A stretch of 64,000 bases of DNA from Octopus vulgaris (taxonomy: Eukaryota). Both the position numbers and the translations under genes were made by a program. The stretch spans positions 75,578,001 through 75,642,000 of the forward strand of contig OX597828.1 in assembly GCA_951406725.2 (NCBI GenBank), in the 5' to 3' direction. The notes beneath the pieces were generated by a model. That model was not told where the DNA came from and did no database searches. It was given only the letters and a program-made list of their open reading frames with translations. Shown here piece by piece: positions 40,744-54,635 of this stretch (positions within the stretch are counted from its first letter, which is position 1; the number at the start of each line of letters is the position of its first letter).

Positions 40744-40750
<7 letters not shown>
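40535..40750 (+). mobile_element. Helitron-like 5' fragment in (TA)n
   Basis: A|TCTATATAAACGGCAGTTTGTCTGTG...CAACCGATTCTGATGAAACTTG, the conserved Helitron/HINE-type core motif. Confidence 0.5.
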
Positions 40751-40798
<48 letters not shown>

Positions 40799-41132
40799 GA
40801 AAAGAAGCGAGTCTGCATTGAGTTTCACCCTCAGCTTTTTCTAACAGAAAGGAACAACGAGTGGACATCAAACTGACAACCATTTAACAGTTTCCATTTA
40901 GTCACACACACTAAAATTGATGTTTCCTTATGCTTAGCTCTCCCTTAGCATTACGTAGCATTGTGTTCGTGTGTGTGACACGGATGAGTCAAGTGACTAT
41001 CAGAGAGTAGGGAATGACTTCAGAACGGAGTCAGATTTTAAAATGACGTGAAGTGTGGCCATATTAATGATGTCATAATATAGTTGTCATTGTACTTTCA
41101 AGGCCGTATCTTCATCACACACACTCAACAAA

Positions 41133-41181
<49 letters not shown>

Positions 41182-42669
41182 CTGTTTACTTGTACCTTAT
41201 ACGCAGAAGTATCTATGCGTTTTTTATTTACACCAATCAGAGAAAATTACTCAGTATACACTATAGAATATAATTATCAATGATACGCAGATTTTTCCCT
41301 CGGCGTTGCTACACTATGGTTCACGAAATATAAGTTTTTGGCAGTCCTTGTTTGAGTTTAAATAAAAGCTTCACAAGGACTATAACACATTTTTTTTGGT
41401 TATCTCGTACCTCGTTGTTTCTCTTAACCTCTCTCTCCGCCCCTCTCTCTCTCCAAAAATGTGTTTGATAAGAATCTGTCACAAACCTAAATAAATCTTA
41501 AGAAACGTAAATCTCAACTTTAACCGAGTAATTTACTAAAATTGTATTGTCTTGTAAAAGAGAGGTATCATTTTGCCTATTGTCGAAACTTATTCAACAA
41601 AGAAAACACGTGAAGAATATCAGTAGAATTTAAAATATGACAAATTTTGCCCGTAGTAACTGCGAGATTTCCTCTTTGCAAGGGTTCTTTTCGTACCAAC
41701 GATAGTGTAGAAAACCTGCGGGTCTGCGATGAATCGTTAAGTCGTTGGACTTTATGTAGAGTAATCATATTTCAATGCATTTATCCCTATTTTAGTTACA
41801 CCCTGTTGGGAATACACATGGAGGTGTTAATGGAAGAAAACAAATTGAACTTGTATCTGATCAAATAGCAGCCAAGTTTATCCGAAATAATTTTTTGGCT
41901 GTATATTTCCCCTTTATTTATTTATCTTTCTTTTTAGGTTCGATCCCATGAATCAACGAATTGAATGAGAGAACTTGCAATAACGCAGTCACTTGAAGAG
42001 CATATCAACCAAAATGTAAGATGGATTTCGTTTTCACATTTCGGCAAAGAATAAATTTTAGTAACCTTACAATAACCCTGCTTCGCACGTCTTTCTTTGT
42101 CTGTGTTTGAAAAATTGCTGGAAAATGGTAGAACGAATTTTCATCGAATTTGGCGAAAATACGCATTGGAAGAGTGGCTCGAACTCATTAAATTTTGGTT
42201 TTATTATCGCCAAACGTGGCGGACAGTTGAATCAAAATGTCATTTTTCTTGGTTATAAATGTATAAACGATAAGCAGGAGAAATAACTCTTGATGTCACT
42301 TTGTTGAAATATGAATTCGTTTGAGAATATTTTTATTAAATTAAATTTTATTTTATCCTTGTGTTCGCACAGGGTAAGTATTGCCCCCCCCGGTGCCTTT
42401 TTTCCCCATATCACTTGAAGTATAGAGAAATTAAGTGAAGAAAATTCAAAAATAATTTAAAAAACTCCCAGGGAAATCATTTGAAAGTTTAAGAGAGAAA
42501 TGATTCAATCCCAAAACACTAAGTATAGAAAAGATCACGTTATGGCTACTAAGCCTTGGCTATAATAACGAATGAGCCAAAGAACATATACATACATTAT
42601 GCACACGCATACGCACACAAACACTCATACATATATACATGTACTGTTTATTTGTGTATGTGTGTGAAG

Positions 42670-42865
42670 CGTTGAGTTGGTGGAATCGTTAGCACATCGT
42701 TCGTGTTTATGTTCTGAGTTCAAGTTCCACCGATGTCGACTTTGCCTTTCATCCTTATGGGGGTCGATGAAACAAGTACCGGTTAAACACTGTCGTCGAT
42801 CTAATCGACTAGCCCCACCCCCGGACCGCTCGAAATTGCTGGCCTTGTACTAAAATTTGAAACCC
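42670..42865 (+). mobile_element. SINE family A copy
   Basis: GAATCGTTAGCAC...GTTCTGAGTTCAAGTTCC...GCCTTTCATCCTT...GGCCTTGTACTAAAATTTGAAAC. Confidence 0.8.
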
Positions 42866-43749
42866 AATATTTATATTATATATACACACGCGCGCACATA
42901 TACACACACACTCACACACAAACACATATACACACGCGTGCACAACCTCACACACATTATGTATATATATATATATAAATATATATATATTCTTATATAT
43001 ATATGTGTATAAAAATATATATAAAAATACAAAATGGGACAAGAACGCAAAACATTCAAATATATATATATATGCGCATATGTATGTAAGAGGGCTTTTA
43101 GACAATGAAATTGATTGACTGCTCGAAATCGGCGATCATTTCAATCGTTTTCAAACGACTAAATTTCATAGGTACTTTGTCGCTGGATTAAAATATTCAT
43201 GAAATATTAATACCAGATTATATTATAGTCTTCAAATATGGATTATTTCATTTTAGCGGATTAAGAAAACTATTCACGTTTTATTGTTTTCTCTTAATCG
43301 GATATTTAAGAAATCAGAGGAAATGAGAAAAAAAAAGAAAAGAAAAAAATTAAAGCATTTACGAACTTGATTAAAAACGACATTTAATTGTGATTTGTTT
43401 CCATTAAAGTAATTTGATAAATAAAATATTGGAGGTAAAAATACAAAATCTGAAGTGGAATTCACAAAAGTATCTTTGTTGCTACCCCTCCCCCCACTCC
43501 ACTGGTTATGAATTTTGAAACATGGAGACCAATTCACTGTGAAATGTATTGGTATATCACGTTAGCTTTTTGTTGCATTCCACGTTTGTACCTGTATATA
43601 CACACTACGGCGACTCATGCTTACATACATGCACTTCCATACATGTATATCGCATTCATAGTCATATACACATATACACACATTAAAGTGTACATGCATA
43701 AACTCATATACATGTTTATATAAACATATGTCATATATATTATACACTT

Positions 43750-43780
<31 letters not shown>

Positions 43781-43792
43781 GTATAGACATAT

Positions 43793-43864
<72 letters not shown>

Positions 43865-43989
43865 TCATAACAGGTGCGTACATGAAATACAATGATACAT
43901 GCATAAATATATGCATAGATACACATATATAAAATCTCGCTTCTTCTGAACGAGATTCGATAACACAGTCTAAAAGAGGAATGAGCGAT

Positions 43990-44720
43990 ATGTACCGCAA
44001 AGTGTGTTCGCTGCCATAAATCTTCACCTCCTCTTCCCCATAATTACCAAACTACTCTAACTGAAACTCTCAGAACATAGTGGATACCTTCAATCTGTTC
44101 TTATAGCAACATTGTAACGCGAAAAATATTGTGTGATATCTAAGGAAACTGAGAAGAAAGAAGGCGGTGAAGGTCTGTAAAGATCAGATATTCAGCAACA
44201 AAATAAAACTAAACAAAAAATGCAGTAAATAATCTTAAGAATTTGTCTTAAGAAGCATGACTAGATTAACAGAGAGGCTTTGAGAGTATACGCCATGGAA
44301 GGATTACCATATTACACAATCACTTGTAGTTGTTATTGTACACCCAACCAATACTTTGTTTACCGCTTTACTTCTCAGGTGTGACAACAGAACAAGTGTA
44401 TATTACACTATACATAACAAGAAGGGTCTTACGTCGGGCGATAACTTAAACTTTGTGTTTCCGTTAAACCTATTGGGCTACTGTTCATAAAATATATTGC
44501 TTGGAGGAATAAATGCGCTGAATCAAGAAACAACTCGCCTTGAAGCTGTATTGGCTGAAGGTTAAACAAAGTACAATAGAACTGGATCTAATTAATAATC
44601 AATACTCTTCAGATAATGGGGTGAAATTAGATGTAATCACATATATAATTTTTTGGTGATAAGGCAAAATAAAAACGTGCCCTGTGGCCACTAAACAAGG
44701 CTATCATAATTAGCAAGACC
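43990..44720 (+). pseudogene. Very decayed reverse transcriptase of an R4/Dong-like LINE
   Basis: Motifs in the correct order across broken frames: YRKVCSLP (cf. YRPITCLP), VCKDQIFSNK (cf. GCKDQLLINK), GFESIRHGRI (cf. AFDSVPHSWI), KKGLTSGDNL (cf. xGIxQGDSL), LKLY, YSSDNGV (cf. FSxDIGM). Confidence 0.65.
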
Positions 44721-45047
44721 GGCCCATATAATGAGAGAACCAAGTTATATGCCGCTCATAGGCTACTAGAGCAACACGTTCCGGCGCAAGCAAAGCAACC
44801 CTTCAGGTAAAAAACACTACATAACAAAGAAATCAGCTCAAAACATCATATCTCTGGAGATTTCCTGCAGAAGATGTCCTATCCCCAAAATATTGACATA
44901 CAGAGTATAAACCATCGACTTGTATTATTTCTGATAACAGCCTACAATTAAAACCGTCATTAAGTCAGATCAGAAATTTTCAACAGGAGTGCACATGATC
45001 CTTGCGGGTCCATACAAGATTCTTTTTGCTCAAATTTATGTACAATG

Positions 45048-45223
45048 ATGCGTAGGAGTGGCAGTGTGGTAAGTCGCTTGCTAACGAACCACATGGTTCC
45101 AGGTTCAGTCTGACTGCGTGGCACCTTGGGCAAATGTATTCTACTATAGCCTCGGGCTGACCAAGGCCTTGTTAGTGGATTTGGAAGACAGAAACTGAAA
45201 GAAGCCCGTCGTATGAGTGTATA

Positions 45224-45273
<50 letters not shown>

Positions 45274-45515
45274 TGTGTGTGTGTGTGTATGTGTGTATAT
45301 ATGTTTGTGTGTCTGTGTTTCTCCTCCCCACAAAATCGCTTGACAACCGATGCTGGTGTGTTTACGTCCCCATAACTTAGCGGTTCGGCAAAAGAGACCG
45401 ATAGAATAAGTACTAGCCTTACAAAGAATAAGTCCTGGGGTCGATTTGCTGGACCAAAGGCGGTGCTCCAGCATGGCCACTGTCACATGACTGAAATAAA
45501 TAAAAGAGTAAAAGA
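45048..45515 (+). mobile_element. SINE family B, full length
   Basis: GCGTAGGAGTGGCAGTGTGGTAAG...GGCACCTTGGGCAA...(TA)n(GT)n...GGTGCTCCAGCATGGCC...(TAAAAGAG). Confidence 0.9.
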
Positions 45516-45720
45516 GAACGAGTTTCTTATAATTCTTCAATACTCCAAATATCTTGACTTATACAATTCCTAATAATAATTCTGAAAATTTAAAGGGAAT
45601 TTTTAAAAAGTCCACTCGCTATGAGGGTCCAGTCGAGTAAAATAGGAATCGACGGGGTCTATAGGTAAAAATGGCTGAGAATCACTGGACTACATAATGA
45701 ATTTGATGAAACATATGAAA

Positions 45721-45932
45721 TACGAGGAGGTACTGAAAAGTTCCTGACTTTAAGGGTGTCGCAAAACGCCTAGTTGGAGGCCCAACCTTCCGAGTTCTCT
45801 TACAGGGCCTAGAAAAACTGAAGGACCGTGTGCGAATCCTAGGAGGGGAATATGTTAAATAAAATTATAATTAACTAATCCTCCTCAATTTTCTTTTCCC
45901 AAAACCATGAATTTTTTCAGCAGCCCCTCATA
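45721..45932. mobile_element. Mariner-derived MITE (~210 bp)
   Basis: TA-CGAGGAGGTACTGAAAAGTTCCTG ... CATGAATTTTTTCAGCAGCCCCTCA-TA. Confidence 0.75.
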
Positions 45933-46154
45933 CATACAGATCCCGATCTTTCTCCAAAAACCATCGATAAAACCCTAGAGAACATTACAAACAAGTTTAT
46001 TTATGCATCTTCCTCTCTCAATGTTTGTTTCTCGTTCTTCAGAATTTACCATTCCTATCCATCACCATCTCATTCAAAATAAGTGTTAACAAACGTTCTT
46101 TTAAACATAAACGATGAATCTTTTTGTTTGTGAGTAACCTTGGGTTGTACAATC

Positions 46155-46480
46155 TGGCATTCTGTCGGTCACGACGACGTGGGTTCCAGTTGATCCGATG
46201 AACGGAACAGCCTGCTCATGAAATTAGCCTGCAAGTGGCTGAGCACTCCACAGACACGCGTACCCCTTGAAACTGTTCTAACGCAGATTCAGCCTGACAC
46301 AACATGTGACAAGGCTGCCTCTTTGAAATGAAGGTATAACTCATCTTTGCCAGCTGAATGGGCTGGAGTAATGTAAAGTGAAGCATCTTGCTCAAGAAAA
46401 CTACATGCTTTCGTGAATCGAACTCAGAACCATAAGATTGTGAGCGGAGTACGTTAACCACTAAGCCACGCGCCTTCACA
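46155..46480 (-). mobile_element. SINE family C, second copy
   Basis: Collinear with 38776-39105; CORE-like TTCTTGAGCAAGATGCTT on the minus strand. Confidence 0.8.
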
Positions 46481-46502
46481 ACAACAATAATTGAAAATAA
46501 AA

Positions 46503-46845
46503 TTTGACTGCGGCCATGCTGGAGCACCGCCTTTAGTCGAACAAATCGACCCCAGGACTTATTCTTTGTAAGCCTAGTTCTTATTCTATCGTACTTAGGC
46601 CGAACCGCTAGGTTACGAGGACGTAAACACACCAACATCGGTGGTCAAGTGATGTTGGGGAGACAAACACACACACATATACGACGGGCTTCTTTTAGCT
46701 TCCGTCTACCAAATCCATTCACAAGGCTTTGGTCGGCCTGAGGCTATAGTAGAAGATACTTGCCCAAGATGCCACGCAGTGGGACTGAACCTGGGACCAT
46801 GTGGTTGGTGAGCAAGCTACTTACCACACAGCCACGCCTGCGCCT
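46503..46845 (-). mobile_element. SINE family B copy
   Basis: TTTGACTGCGGCCATGCTGGAGCACCGCC...ACTTGCCCAAG.TGCCACGCAGTGGGACTGAACC...CACACAGCCACGCCTGCGCC. Confidence 0.9.
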
Positions 46846-48122
46846 ATAAACCAGAGACTAAAACTTAAATATTGTACAGAGGATCTGTGCTCTTCGTTTC
46901 GGATCATGTGTTTGCTGTTGCTGTGGTTGTTGTAGTTGTGGTTGGTGTATTTTGTTCTTGGTGCTCTCCTAGTTCTTATGGCTTGTGTTTAACCCTAGGC
47001 CAGTACTAATGTATGAAATATATAAGAAATAGCATAAAAACTGTAAACATCCTTGCCATTTGAATTATCTGTAGTTCAACATGTCGTCACATTTCTAAGT
47101 CGATGGGATATATTTGAGGGGAACTGGGCTCCGTATAATATCAAACAGGTAGAGGGAGTTTGTTGAGCGGCGTTCATTAACCTGCAATAGTTACTAGCTA
47201 TGTGGGATGTGTTTCAGAGAAACCCTTGACTGATTTCAAATGATGTAGTTGCCGTTAGTCAATATTGAACTTGAGATTAAACTGTGTGTCTATCAAAACA
47301 TCTTCCTCTTCTGCATCTATACCTATTTACAAATCCCAAAATCTGTAAATACACTAAAATCGATCAACTGTTTCATGCATTTTGCTGCTGTATTAGATTC
47401 ATCAACAATTCTTACTCTCTCTCTCTCACACACACACACACACGCACACACACACACATACACACACACACACACACACACTCACACACACTCTCTCTCT
47501 CTCTCTTTCTCTCTTTCTCTCTCTCACACACACACAAAAATATACGCACACATACACACACACATAAATATAGACACACACAAACACACACAAACATACG
47601 CAAACATACACATACACAAACAAATGCACGCATGTAAGCCTATCAACGACTGTTTTGTGTTATATGTTTTAGCGCGCGTTTGTGTGTTCGAACTTCAGAA
47701 AGTTCGTGTTTTGTCCTGATCAAGTTAGTTCGGTTTACACAACATGGCCCACCGGCAGGTTCAACGATTATATATATATATATATATATAAATATATATA
47801 TATAGAGAGAGAGAGAGGGGGGAGTAAGCAAAAACACAAACGCGCTCGCATACACAGACATATAGGGAGAGAGAGGGAGGGAGAGAGGGAGGAGAGATGC
47901 AGGAGGTGATAAAAATGCGGACGTAGGAAAGTAAGAAAGTAAAGAGAAAACCAAGAAAACAATAAAATACGAAAGTTAAAAGAGAAAAGCAAATAAAAAT
48001 GCAAGAAAAAATGAATGGCGGCGGCGGCGGAAAAGAGAAAGAAGTAGACGAGCAACAACAACAACTGCTTAATTCTGGCTTGAATCTTTGGATTAACACT
48101 TAAAATGCTAAACCATGTTGTG

Positions 48123-48183
<61 letters not shown>

Positions 48184-49841
48184 CTAACTACTTATCTTCT
48201 ATCTGTCCATCAGTGATGTGAGAAAATAATGGTGCATGTGTTTATTGGAATGTATATCGATACATGTATACAGGTGTCCGTCTGTCTTTTCCTCTGTGTG
48301 TGCGTGTGCGTGTGCATGTGTGATGCTGCAAGGAAGTATGTTGACTGAGATAAGAAATGTAAAAGATAAACGAAATCTAAAGCAGAACCAAAAATAAACA
48401 AAGGACAAGCCAACGTTATGAATGAACACGTTTAGTTCCCCCCGAAGTCATAAAGAATTCTGAAGAGAAAGAAAATGTGAAGGCCAGGAAGCAATGGAGT
48501 AAAAATAAAATAAGCGAAGAAAAATAAATAAAATTGAAAAAAAGAGAAGAAATTGAGTAGATTGAGGGCGCTAAAGTCGTAGACGCTCTGGAGATTCACC
48601 GCTTTCAGACAATTTTGCTTGGCGCCATGTACAAAACTATTTTCAATGAAAGCAGACGACACCGGACGAAGACGTCGGAGAAAGCGGAAGGAATGCGAGC
48701 AAAAGGAAGGTGTAAATAGGAGATATTTGAATGCTGGAACCGGAGTGAAGTATGGCGTGAACAGAATGTCTGGAGTCGTGGCTACAACTAATACTGATAG
48801 GTGACTGTATAAAATTTTGCCTCTTTCTCATTTCGGGATCGATAAATAAAGTACTAGACAAGTACTGGAGGCTATTTTCCTCCCTTCTCTCCACCTTGTA
48901 GTTCACAGTTGGTCATGTTACTTCACGAGAAGGGTCGAGGGAGATCATTCTCAGGCACCATTTATTTAATAACGGTGAAGAGTTGAGTGACAGGTGAGTA
49001 ACATCTTATTGAACAAAGACATAACAAAACGGATAAAATGGAGCAGTCAAAGACAGTGGTGCTACGTAGTAATGCGCGGCCACTATTTCTCTCAATGTAA
49101 ACACATAGAGGAAAGGGGTGAAACTAATTAGAAAGAATGAAATATGCCGGAGGGGAATAAGTAGTCTAAATGGGTTTTTTTTTCATTTTTAGTAAAAATA
49201 TATGGAAAAGGAAACGTTTTTGTAAGCTAGATTCTGTGTTGAATATATAAATCCCAATACATAGTTTCTGATTGTTTTATAGACTATGAGTTGTTGTAAG
49301 CCAAAGTAAAGATGACAACAGATGTAAACAGACAACAGATATACATTGGGGCCAGTTTAGATTATCTAAGCAATTGAGAGAGGAATCACGTGTCTAGGTG
49401 GTGTCCTGAAAACAATAAAGGGAGATAACACTAGCAAGATCACGATGGAAACTTTTGGACGATTATAGATTAATGTATTCTGGAGCGGATTTCGTTTGGG
49501 TAATGGAGTTTGGAGTGATTTGGTTTCCAAACACCAACTGTTGAAATTGATGGGCTTGCTTTACAAACGTACATAATATCTAATCATTTGGGCCTGTTCT
49601 CTGTGTGTCTCACGCACAAACCATGTGTTTTAGGCAAACACAATCAGCCGGTTAAACTACAACCATCTACTTTTCGGGAGTGTTCATTCTGTGTGTGTGT
49701 GTGTGTGTTTCTAAGTATATATATAATTCGGTGCCTACCCACACCTGTTAGTAAATGAACAGTTAGATCAATGGCAATATGTCATAAATATTCATTCATG
49801 TAACAGAAATCTCACCTTTCTGTTACATACCTATTTCTACG

Positions 49842-50721
49842 TACGAGGTCAGACCAATAAGTATCCGGACTTTTGGCATGGTAACGAAACTAAAGCACGC
49901 AGACTGAAGCCGCTCGGCAAAGATTGACCTTGAACGCTGCTGTGCATGCGCACTACGTTTTAACGTTGTAGTTCACTTCCGTTGTTTACAGCAGTGCCTG
50001 GAAGAAAGGTGTGTAGCGTGTGATCGTCGCATTGGTCGTGACAGAGAAAGTTGCCATGGCGTTACCTGCTCAGAGGCCTAAGCAAAGTAGCAGAAAGTGT
50101 ATGAAGGGGGGTATATGAGCCGCACACATATACGTTTCCAAAATGGCCGAAAAATGTCGATATTGACAAACGTTCTGTAAGAACCTGCAACCAGCAGAAC
50201 TGAGAAAAACATCGCGGATGTGCGAGCAGCTGTGAGAAGAAATCGTCTAAACACCATCCGTGAATTATTAGAGGACGCGCAGATTAGTTACGGTTCAGTT
50301 CATTCCATTATCTGTGAAGATTTGGGTATGAGATGCGTGTTTGCCAAGCTTGTCGAAAAAAAAATTAAAAAATAAAACAGACCAAAACGACACCCGGGTT
50401 TCAGTTACACAAGATCTCCTTGATTGTGTCAAGAACTGTTGAAAACATTGCTTAGGCCTCTGAACAGATATCACTAAGCTTTTGGCAAGATTTGATGCAG
50501 ATTCTCTGCTCAATTTTCTCACCTTAGTCAATGTGACAATCACACGCGACACACCTTCCTTCCAAGCACTGCTGTAAACAGCAGAAGTGAGCTACAACGT
50601 TAAAACATAGTACGCATGCACAGTAGAGTACATGGTCAATCTGTGTCAAGCAGCTTTACTCTGCATGCTGTAACTTCGTTTCTATGGCAATAGTCCGGAT
50701 ACTTATTGATCAGACCAAGTT
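49842..50721 (+). mobile_element. Internally deleted mariner with ~200-bp inverted ends and a transposase N-terminal remnant
   Basis: TIR TACGAGGTCAGACCAATAAGTATCCGGACT mirrored at 50692-50721, with similarity extending ~200 bp. Internal RFQNGRK..DKRS.RPATSRTEKNIADVRAAVRRNRLNTIRELLEDAQISYGSVHSIICEDLGMRCVFAKLV. Confidence 0.88.
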
Positions 50722-50819
50722 TCTAGATATGACTGTGTATATTAACACACACACACGCACACACACGCATATATATACAGACATACACGAGCACACACAC
50801 ATCTGTAAATTTACATACA

Positions 50820-50861
<42 letters not shown>

Positions 50862-51107
50862 ACATGTGCATTTATACATCTTCTAATATCTACACAGGCA
50901 TGTGGTGTGTGTTTGTGTGAGTATGTGTGAGTGTGTGTATGTGTGAGTGTGTGTATTGTATTTTAATTCGAAATGAATTTTCTTGGTTTCCATGGTTAAA
51001 CAAAGAACTTGCAGATTAATGCCGAGAAAATGAACAAGAAAAAGAAATTGGTACAACTGCAATATGACGTCAACACTAATCACAGATGAGCTAATAGGTA
51101 GAAACAC

Positions 51108-51174
<67 letters not shown>

Positions 51175-51297
51175 AGATTATATTCTCAAATTCAATAATG
51201 ACGGCGTCAGATACGAGAGATCTCCAGAGAAGTATTGTTTTATGTAAATAGGCAGGCGCATACATATACATATTTCTGTATACATAAGCATTAACAT

Positions 51298-51450
51298 AAA
51301 TACGTACACACACACCACGAAATGTTTGGTGGGGTCGTATAGATAGACATATGTATGTGTCTATATATATATATATATGCATATACGTATGTCTAGCCAG
51401 ACTATCCCACCAAACATTTCGTGGTGTGGGTGTATGTGTGCGTATTCAGT
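51298..51450. repeat. Imperfect palindrome centred on a (TA)n tract
   Basis: CACACCACGAAATGTTTGGTGGG (~51310-51333) is mirrored by CCCACCAAACATTTCGTGGTGTG (~51406-51428); the inner arms also pair. Confidence 0.85.
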
Positions 51451-51462
51451 ATACATATATAC

Positions 51463-51507
<45 letters not shown>

Positions 51508-51852
51508 AATATATATGTATATGTATATATATATATAATTGTATATGTATATATATATACAAATGTATATATATATATATATATATATATACAAATGTAT
51601 ATGTATATGTATATATATATATATATAATTGTATATGTATATATATATACAAATGTATATGTATATATATATATATTTATATATATGCATATATACATAA
51701 ATGTATATGTATATATATATATATATTTATATATATGCATATATACATAAATGTATATTTATGTATATATATATATATTTATATATATGCATATATACAT
51801 AAATGTATATTTATGTATATATATATGCATATATATATATATATATATATAT
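51450..51852. repeat. (TA)n-based compound satellite
   Basis: Direct reading. Confidence 0.95.
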
Positions 51853-53404
51853 TTCCTTTATTTTTCCGTGTCTGAAGAGAACTACGAAATGAATTTACAT
51901 CGGTTTCAATTCTGACAACAGGTTTCAAATCGGTAGATAGATTATTTGAAGTTTACTATACATTTTCTAATACATTATATTATGCAGAAAAATTTAATTA
52001 TATATATCTGTGCATCTTTGCGTATGTTTGTATGTTACACAGACAGACAAACTGATAGAAAGATGCACACACAATGCTAGCGATAAGATCAAATATGAAG
52101 TAACGGGATCAGTTCAGGAAAGAAACTTCTTCAATAAATATATAAAGCTTCCAAACTTGGAAATCTACTCAAGACGCGGTAAAGAAATTTCCAGTGAAAC
52201 ACCACGGAAACGGCAAACTATTCTGTAATAACTGGCTAGATATATTGAGATATTGGATACACCTCTGGCACACTGTGCCAAATGTGGCACTTATTTACAC
52301 GATTTCTCTTTAGAATGTCTATATTTAATATTAGAAAGTGAAAATATGCCAGCAGCCTGTCATCACTGAGAACTTTATAGCATTGTAACATTTGCCCTTG
52401 TGAGATTTATACCTAGGTACGGTTGTAAAGGTATATATAGTTATAGATAGATATGTCTATAGGTAGATTTGGTTGCATAGATAGATATACTTATATATAG
52501 TAAGTAGTTGTGGTAGTAGTTGGCTTGATTGTAAAATTTGTAATGGTGGTGAGGTGTAATGTTTCCGGTGGTGGTAGTAGTAGTAACAATCAGCGTCGAT
52601 GATCTGGGAAGAGTTAAACTACTCGAAGCATAACTAACATAACATAAACGCTGTACAGTATTTCTTGCGTGTATAATTAAATATACGACAGCTTCTCATG
52701 GATTTAGAGCTCCACGCAAGTTCTCATAATCTACTCTACTTTCAGTAAAAAGGTATCATTACTACTGTCCGACGAAAAACACTTCAAGGCCTGGGCCCCG
52801 GCATGGCCGCATTCCATCGACTGAACCAAATAAAAGATAAATTGTTTGTAAAAGTGCCAGGAGTTAAAAAGCTTCAGACTGTGGACAGGCCGTAGTTTTG
52901 TGTAGAAACGGATCTCAGGGACTACATTATTCAGCGTAGCACGCAATGCTTTACGCCGACAGGACGGAGTCGGTGGGTGATTTGCAGCTATTTGAATCAG
53001 TTGCAGTCACTAAGTGGAAGACCTCTTGCTGGATCGATTCTATGAAAAGTGTAATTGTATACTGTAAATGGGAAATTGAAATGAATCCTCATAAATACAA
53101 CACACCTTCTATAGTTAAAGAAGTTCTACTTGAGAATTCTACACCAGGAAAGAAGACTGTTGATGTTGCTCTAATGATTTCGATCTTCTAATGGAAATCA
53201 CATTTAGTTGGGTTTAATAGAAATCAAAAATACAAGTAGTTTCCTCGCATTAATTGTTTCTCCACCTTACATCAGACTCGTTTCATTTCCAAGTGTTTTC
53301 TTTCGCTTTTCTTTTTCCGAATGTGTGAAGCTTCCGGATTGGATGATTTTAGTGAAAGCTAGACCAAGAATAGTTTTAAATGTTTCATGAAAATTTATCC
53401 TTTG

Positions 53405-53778
53405 CATTTACTTGTTTCAGTCATTGGACTGCGGCCATGCTACCAAACACACTTCAAGTGTTAGTCCATTGAATCGACCCTAGTACTTATAAATAAATTT
53501 GTATCATTCTATCGGTCATTTTTATTTGTCGAAACGCTAAGTTACGGAGATTAACAAACACTGATTGTGAAGCTGTGGGTGGGGAAACAAAAACAAATAT
53601 AGACAAACATGAACATACATACGAAGAGGTTCCACACAGTTTCCGTCTAATAAAGTCACTCACAAGGCACTGGTCGAGTGGGGCGACATCAGAAGAAACT
53701 TGCCTAAAGTGACACAGAGTGAAATCGTGAAATCTCGTGGCTAGAAAATAATTTCTCGACATAGCCATGAGTGGGCCT
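53405..53778 (-). mobile_element. Decayed SINE family B copy
   Basis: TTTACTTGTTTCAGTCATTGGACTGCGGCCATGCT...CAGTTTCCGTCTA...CACTCACAAGGC. Confidence 0.75.
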
Positions 53779-54205
53779 AATAATATAAAAAACATATTTG
53801 TAAAACAATATTCTAGAAAGAACTAACGAAACTCATTATTCAGTGTGTGTGTTTGTGTGTGTGACACTTTGTAAGTTAGTTCGAGATTGAGTAGCAGCAC
53901 CTTGAAATGTTGTTGGGTAGAATCAATATGCGGCGTTGATTGAATACTTGCAGTAAAGTAAACTGCAATGAGGCGTCGTAGTGGGGAAGGGGGGGTGCTA
54001 CTGTCAGTTCCGGTTAGTTTAATCACTCCATTGTGAATAAGAAGCTGCTGTCATTAGAAATGCTGCACCTATAAATGGGGCAGATATAGTAAAAGCCGGT
54101 TATTTTAATTAGGAACAGAATAGAGATAGTAATAGATTGTAAAGGGGCCGACACGGACGTGTGAACTAAAATGATTCAGAATGCAGAAAACAAAGTGATT
54201 AAAGG

Positions 54206-54635
54206 AAGCGTTTGAGGGAGGACATTCGTGGAAAGCGACCGGATTTGTGGGGAGCAAAGAATTGAATTCTTCATGACGGCAATGCACCCCGTCACCGAAC
54301 TTTCCCCGCCTGTGAGTTTCTTGTTCGCCCTCAAAGCACACACCCTATTCGCTACATTTAGCATCTACGGATTTTCATTTGTTCCCCAAGACGAAAAGGC
54401 CGCTCAAAGGTTACCGTTTTAACAGTTGTCGACATCCATAGTGAATCACAGACAGTTCTCGACTTGCTTATGTAAAACGACTTCAGTGCCGGATTCGAAA
54501 GGCGGCAGGAATGCTAGGACCTGTGTAATACTGCGTGAGGTGACTATGTTAAAGGAGATGATGTTAAAATTTAGGCGACTAAGTTATTTTCTATTCAGTA
54601 TTACTACTCATAGAACTTTTGGATACGACCTTGTA
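54206..54635 (+). pseudogene. Mariner transposase C-terminal half plus right TIR
   Basis: KRLREDIRGKRPDLWGAKN*ILHDGNAPRH...PYSLHLASTDFHLFPKTKRPLKGYRF...GDYVKGD. Ends GAACTTTTGGATACGACCTTG-TA, the reverse complement of the TIR at 56249. Confidence 0.88.

Noticed and set aside
42040-42410. Possible additional Helentron/DINE-like element
   Set aside because: Core-like words are present but the termini could not be defined.
48560-48810. GC-richer stretch with a basic ORF (RRRRRKRK), possible exon
   Set aside because: Short, no recognisable domain, no convincing splice pair; cannot be excluded without RNA-seq.
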